Shown here piece after piece: positions 35,951-39,977 of a DNA stretch of 39,977 bases. Both the position numbers and the translations under genes were made by a program. Source of the DNA: an uncultured virus (IMG/VR IMGVR_UViG_3300011871_000003). Its lineage: Duplodnaviria; Heunggongvirae; Uroviricota; Caudoviricetes. The stretch's first letter is position 1; every line of letters begins with the position of its first letter. The DNA lies in IMG/VR virus record IMGVR_UViG_3300011871_000003. The stretch is one strand, 5' to 3'. The notes below the pieces were generated by a model that worked only from the letters and a program-made list of their open reading frames with translations, had not been told where the DNA came from and did no database searches.

Positions 35951-36778
35951 ATGAATCCGATTTTTGTTAAACTGCAAGCTAAAGTAGAAGAACTGAACGA
36001 GAACTATAAAAAGTATACTGCTCGTTTGGAAGCTGCTTACCGCGAATCCAACAACGGTCTTGCTCCTAATGAAGATAAAAAAGGTCGTCTTCATGCTCCT
36101 TGTGATGGTTATATGATGCCTAATGCCGATAAATGGGATTATGGTCATAAAGATTATTCTGATGTTCTCTTTGGTAAAGGTGAGTTCCTGCCATTTCTTG
36201 ATGATCCATTTACTGATAAAGTAGGTGCAAACGTAAAAGATTTTTCATCTAAATTTAAAGTTAAAGTAAATAACGCTGTAAAAGATATGATTTTGGAATG
36301 TAAAGAAGCGTTCTGTGTTGATGTATCTTTTGGTAAAGAATGGACTTCATATGGTGAAACATTCCGTTATGCTTGGATTGTTGGTGGAACAGTAGAAAAA
36401 CATTTTGCTAACTTTATTGAAGAAGAAATGGTAGTCCAAGCAGAAAAGAAAAAAGCAGAAGAAGTTAAAGTTATTAAGGGTGTCGCGCCAGAAGGCAAGG
36501 TTCGTGTTCGTGGTAAAATTTTAAGAACATCTGTTCGTCAGACATATCAAGTTTATAATTCTTCTATCTATGCTGATAAAGTTATGATTGAGCTTGATAA
36601 TAAAGCTACAGTATACGGAACATTACCTGCTGGACTTGCTCGAATGGATAAAGAAGATCTTATTGGGATGGTTATTGAGTTCAATGCTAATTTTAGTCAT
36701 GCTAAAGATGATAATACTCATGCCTTCTTCAAAAATCCTACAAAGGTAGAAGTCTTAGAGGAAGTTGAAAAGGCTTAA
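35951..36778 (+). CDS. hypothetical protein, possible C-terminal OB-fold
   Basis: GRLHAPCDGY motif; GKVRVRGKI...KVMIELDNKATVYGTLP beta-strand pattern. Confidence 0.75.
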   Translation: MNPIFVKLQAKVEELNENYKKYTARLEAAYRESNNGLAPNEDKKGRLHAPCDGYMMPNADKWDYGHKDYSDVLFGKGEFLPFLDDPFTDKVGANVKDFSSKFKVKVNNAVKDMILECKEAFCVDVSFGKEWTSYGETFRYAWIVGGTVEKHFANFIEEEMVVQAEKKKAEEVKVIKGVAPEGKVRVRGKILRTSVRQTYQVYNSSIYADKVMIELDNKATVYGTLPAGLARMDKEDLIGMVIEFNANFSHAKDDNTHAFFKNPTKVEVLEEVEKA

Positions 36779-36826
36779 TAAATATTATATAATTGCCCTC
36801 CGGGGCATTTTTTTTTAGGAGCAAAA

Positions 36827-36991
36827 ATGAAAGAACTAAGAGATATTATTTTAATCATATTCGTTTGTTTGGTGCCTATTTCTTGTTTCGTTAGTAGCGC
36901 ATTTTTAGCTTATCATAACAAAGAAGGGTGGGGGTGGCTTATTTTTGCGGGTCTTTTGATAATGTCAGGAATATCATTTAAATTTGATTAA
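36827..36991 (+). CDS. small two-TM membrane protein (54 aa, not in ORF track)
   Basis: AGGAG RBS; two hydrophobic segments around EGWGW. Confidence 0.65.
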   Translation: MKELRDIILIIFVCLVPISCFVSSAFLAYHNKEGWGWLIFAGLLIMSGISFKFD

Positions 36992-37006
36992 TAAGGTATG
37001 TATAAA

Positions 37007-37201
37007 ATGACTAAAAATATAGCAAAAGTAATAAATGCTCCTGAAAGCGAAACAGGATTATCATTACAATTTAATGAAGATGTTTTTGATAAACTTGGAT
37101 AGCAAGTTGATGATGATATAAAATGAGTAATGTTAGTTAATAAATCTAAAGAGTTAAGAGAAGGAAAAAAGCTCAATGAATTTAATCATATCTTTTCATA
37201 A
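37007..37201 (+). pseudogene. AbrB/MazE-like small DNA-binding gene with two in-frame stops
   Basis: LSLQFNEDVFDKLG*QVDDDIK* fits an LGWxxxDxIxW pattern; TAG at 37100, TGA at 37124. Confidence 0.55.
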
Positions 37202-37646
37202 AATAATGGGAGACCCCTCATTAGATAATGGTTTATTTTATCAAGATATTCCAACATCCTCTTATTCTTGTGAAGTAAAAAATATTATTCAATGTAGAAT
37301 AGCATTTCTTAATTCAGTAGAAATATTGAAAAAATCTAATGCTGAAAATGGTAAATATTTCGCCATAGTAAAAAATGAAGGTAGAAAAGTTCATTCCTAT
37401 AATAAATGGAGTGAATCTCTTGAAATTATCCACATAAATAGTAAATCAAAACAATACGCTATTGGTGATACTATTTATTTTCCCCAAAATGCAAGTTGTA
37501 GTAGAGCGGGACAATTAGCAACTATTGAGATTGTAGATGATTCAGGATTAGGTTTAGATTTTATTTATGATATTTCAGGAAAGAAAAAAGATTCTAGTCA
37601 AGAATTTTGGGATTGGAGCGAACTTGAAGAAATGGGAGTAATATAA
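37176..37646 (+). CDS. hypothetical protein
   Basis: AAGGA RBS, 156 aa. Confidence 0.7.
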   Translation: MNLIISFHKIMGDPSLDNGLFYQDIPTSSYSCEVKNIIQCRIAFLNSVEILKKSNAENGKYFAIVKNEGRKVHSYNKWSESLEIIHINSKSKQYAIGDTIYFPQNASCSRAGQLATIEIVDDSGLGLDFIYDISGKKKDSSQEFWDWSELEEMGVI

Positions 37647-37649
37647 AAC

Positions 37650-38602
37650 ATGATCATATCAGCAAGTAGAAGAACTGACATCCCTGCATTTTATTCTGAT
37701 TGGTTTATGAACCAAATAGAAAATGGAAAGATATACAGGAAAAATCCTTATAATAATGAGTTATATTCTAACGATATTTCTCCAGATAATGTAGATGTTA
37801 TTNNNNNNNNNNTATTGTTTTTTGGACCAGAAACGCTCATAATATGATTAGAAAAGGTCATATACAACGACTTCAAGATCTTGGCTATAACTTTTATTTT
37901 CAATATACTATAACAGGTCATGTTATTAAATCACCTTCGGGTAAGAATCTTGATGGTAATACTCCTCACCCACTGAAAGCCATTGAAACCTTTAATCAAC
38001 TATCTAATATTATAGGAGAAGAAAAAGTAATCTTACGTTTCGATCCTATAGTAGTATGCGACCAAATCTCTGTTGAAAAAGTTATAAAAAATTACAATGA
38101 GATAAATAAAAGAATAAACAGTGGCTCTCGTGTTGTTATAAGTTTTTTAGATATTTATAATCACGTAGGATCATATTTGAATAAAGCCGGGTTCACTGGT
38201 ATGAAGGATTTAGTTAAACCAGAAAATGAAAGTGACTTAACAAAGTTGCTTGAAGGTTTAACAAAAGTAAACAAAGACTATGGAAAAGAGATGTTTTCCT
38301 GTGCTGAGAGTATCGATCTTGAAAAATATGGAATTCAACATTCAAAGTGTATAGACGATCAATACATTCAAAAAGTATTTGGTATAAAAGTAAGTAAACA
38401 AAAAGATAAAGGTCAAAGAGAAGCTTGTGGTTGCGTTAAAAGTTTGGATATAGGTCAATATGATACTTGCACTCATGGATGTGTGTATTGTTATGCTACA
38501 CCAAATCATGAAGCTGCAATAAAAAATTTATCAAAACATAGTAAAAATAATGGTCTAATAATTCCTGATGAAAGAACATGGTTAAATCAAAGAATAATAT
38601 AG
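37650..38602 (+). CDS. DUF1848 family protein (radical-SAM-like), single gene across spurious gap
   Basis: MIISASRRTDIPAFYSDWF, VFWTRN, LRFDPI, DIGQYDTCTHGCVYCYA; TATT duplicated on both sides of the gap. Confidence 0.9.
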
Positions 38603-38644
38603 ATAAATATTGAAATTGATATAAAAATAACGTAATATGTTTAA

Positions 38645-38764
38645 AGGATGTAGCAGACTATGTAAATAGACATCCAACTACCTAAAAAAGTCGAGGCCAA
38701 GCCCGGTAAAGGTTTTCTGAATACCAGAGTAGCTCTGGCGAAGCCCTCTTGAGAGGGCTTTGTT
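38645..38764 (+). ncRNA. possible structured sRNA or attenuator leader
   Basis: Promoter TTGAAA-17 bp-TAATAT (38610-38638); stems GGATGT/ACATCC, CCAGAG/CTCTGG, AAGCCCTC/GAGGGCTT. Confidence 0.45.
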
Positions 38765-38792
38765 AATTCTATAATCTATAGGAGACTTAAAT

Positions 38793-39263
38793 ATGAATGC
38801 TAAGCATATTTCTGATTATTATTGGGACGCTCTTCTACCTGTAAGAACTGATAAAATTGCTGCCCAATTAGGATTTATAGTTCAACCTATAGATACAACT
38901 AAAAACCCACAAGCTCATCTCATAGTATCTCTTGAAAACGATAAGCCTACTATCTATTATAACAAAAATGATAAAACTTCAGATATTAGAAAAATCATTG
39001 CTATTGGCATAGCAAAAATTGTAAGTCTTCATATATCGTTAAAAGAAACTGTAATATATGGTAAAGATGTTTTTGTTAAAAAAGATAGTCTTACTCATAT
39101 GCTGGATGTAGAAATGGCAAATAAAATTGTTGTTCCTTATGAAGCTCTTAATGTTCTAATTACAAAATCAAAATGTTATGAAATATCTGAACTTGCTAAA
39201 GCTTTTGATGTAAGCGAACATGAAATTTATAAAAGATTAAAAGAGACAAAGTTTCTTCCATAA
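38793..39263 (+). CDS. ImmA/IrrE (DUF955)-like protein lacking HExxH
   Basis: LPVRTDKIAAQLG, IYYNKND, ANKIVVP, ELAKAFDVS...RL; AIGIAK in place of AHELGH. Confidence 0.65.
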   Translation: MNAKHISDYYWDALLPVRTDKIAAQLGFIVQPIDTTKNPQAHLIVSLENDKPTIYYNKNDKTSDIRKIIAIGIAKIVSLHISLKETVIYGKDVFVKKDSLTHMLDVEMANKIVVPYEALNVLITKSKCYEISELAKAFDVSEHEIYKRLKETKFLP

Positions 39264-39306
39264 GTTTGTTAAATAAACCATAGTATCGTATACTTTATTG
39301 TAAACG

Positions 39307-39744
39307 ATGGAGGAAAATATGGTAGAACTTGATAAATATATTGAAATAATTCACGAAAGCCTTTCTAAGGATTTATTAAAAAAGCAATATCAGGCAGATT
39401 ACGATAATCTACACTTTACAACCGGGCATTGTTATATCGCATCAGAAGCTATATACCATGCGTTTGGTGGTAAAGAAAAATGGTCAGCCTACGCTGGAAG
39501 AGATCATAACAATGGTACGCACTGGTGGTTAAAAAATAAAGATACAGGAGAGATTGTTGATCCTACAAAAGAACAATATACATCTCTTGGAATTGAGCCT
39601 CCTTACGATAAAGGTAGACCATGTGCTTTTTTAACACGAGAACCAAGTCAAAGAGCACAAAAACTGATTGCTAGAGTCAATGAAAAAATCATACAATATG
39701 AATCCGAAAATACAGTAAAAACCACTAAACGTTTTAGACCATAA
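39307..39744 (+). CDS. hypothetical protein, possible Cys-His-Asp (papain/transglutaminase-like) enzyme
   Basis: GHCYIASE...THWWL...IVDPT..Q. Confidence 0.6.
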   Translation: MEENMVELDKYIEIIHESLSKDLLKKQYQADYDNLHFTTGHCYIASEAIYHAFGGKEKWSAYAGRDHNNGTHWWLKNKDTGEIVDPTKEQYTSLGIEPPYDKGRPCAFLTREPSQRAQKLIARVNEKIIQYESENTVKTTKRFRP

Positions 39745-39756
39745 TAGGAATAAAAA

Positions 39757-39977
39757 ATGAATATTGAAGCATTAAATAATGATATTAAAACTTTTGACAA
39801 GAAATTTTGGATGTCAGAAGATAATAGAAACCTGCTAGGCTTGTTAAAAGATGGAAGAATGAAACTCATTCCCGCGACAATTTATGCTTTAGATCAAGAT
39901 GGATTTAATTATTTAGAAATCATTAGTCTTTCTGAATGTGCAGGAAAAGTAATCCACCAATTGCCATCAGGAGATAT
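39757..39977 (+). CDS. hypothetical protein (partial, runs off window)
   Basis: AGGA RBS; open frame to the end. Confidence 0.6.
   Translation, partial: MNIEALNNDIKTFDKKFWMSEDNRNLLGLLKDGRMKLIPATIYALDQDGFNYLEIISLSECAGKVIHQLPSGD

Noticed and set aside
37007..37201. Stop-codon reassignment in this element
   Set aside because: Other genes use TGG for Trp and several end at TAG or TGA; long ORFs are intact under code 11.
37803..37812. DUF1848 split into two ORFs (frameshift)
   Set aside because: TATT is duplicated on both sides of the Ns; merging restores DVIVFWTRN in one frame.
109..39869. Many short antisense or overlapping ORFs in the track (e.g. 109, 1300, 6109, 8917, 15242, 17525, 30762, 31569, 35918, 39648)
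   Set aside because: They lie within better-supported genes on the other strand or frame, lack RBS and have shadow-ORF composition.

Overview
Very AT-rich, densely coded window of mostly short, co-oriented hypothetical genes in small promoter-terminator cassettes. There are no chromosomal housekeeping or phage structural genes. An ArdB/KlcA antirestriction gene, a PilS-type IVb pilin, a TraJ/DotB-like ATPase remnant and a CcdA-like antitoxin point to the accessory region of a large gammaproteobacterial conjugative plasmid; a jumbo phage or phage-plasmid cannot be excluded. Other recognisable genes: Ro60/TROVE (Rsr-like) protein, IscB in a non-autonomous IS200/IS605-type element with omega-RNA, two Panacea/SocA (DUF4065) proteins, a NUDIX hydrolase, two GNATs, an ABC/AAA ATPase, DUF1848, an ImmA/IrrE-like pseudo-peptidase and a minimal kinase-like protein. 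The most striking signals are non-coding: (i) two separately promoted Y-RNA-like genes with a shared architecture just upstream of Ro60; (ii) a promoter-to-terminator unit of three structured RNAs at 33.3-33.8 kb, two of them non-canonical tRNA mimics, one ending in CCA; (iii) further structured RNAs at 20.7 and 38.6 kb; (iv) eight dispersed promoters sharing TTGTGCA-N16-TANNNT, suggesting an element-specific regulon. All family assignments come from motif recognition by eye and all structures were folded by hand. Five short N-gaps limit certainty locally.
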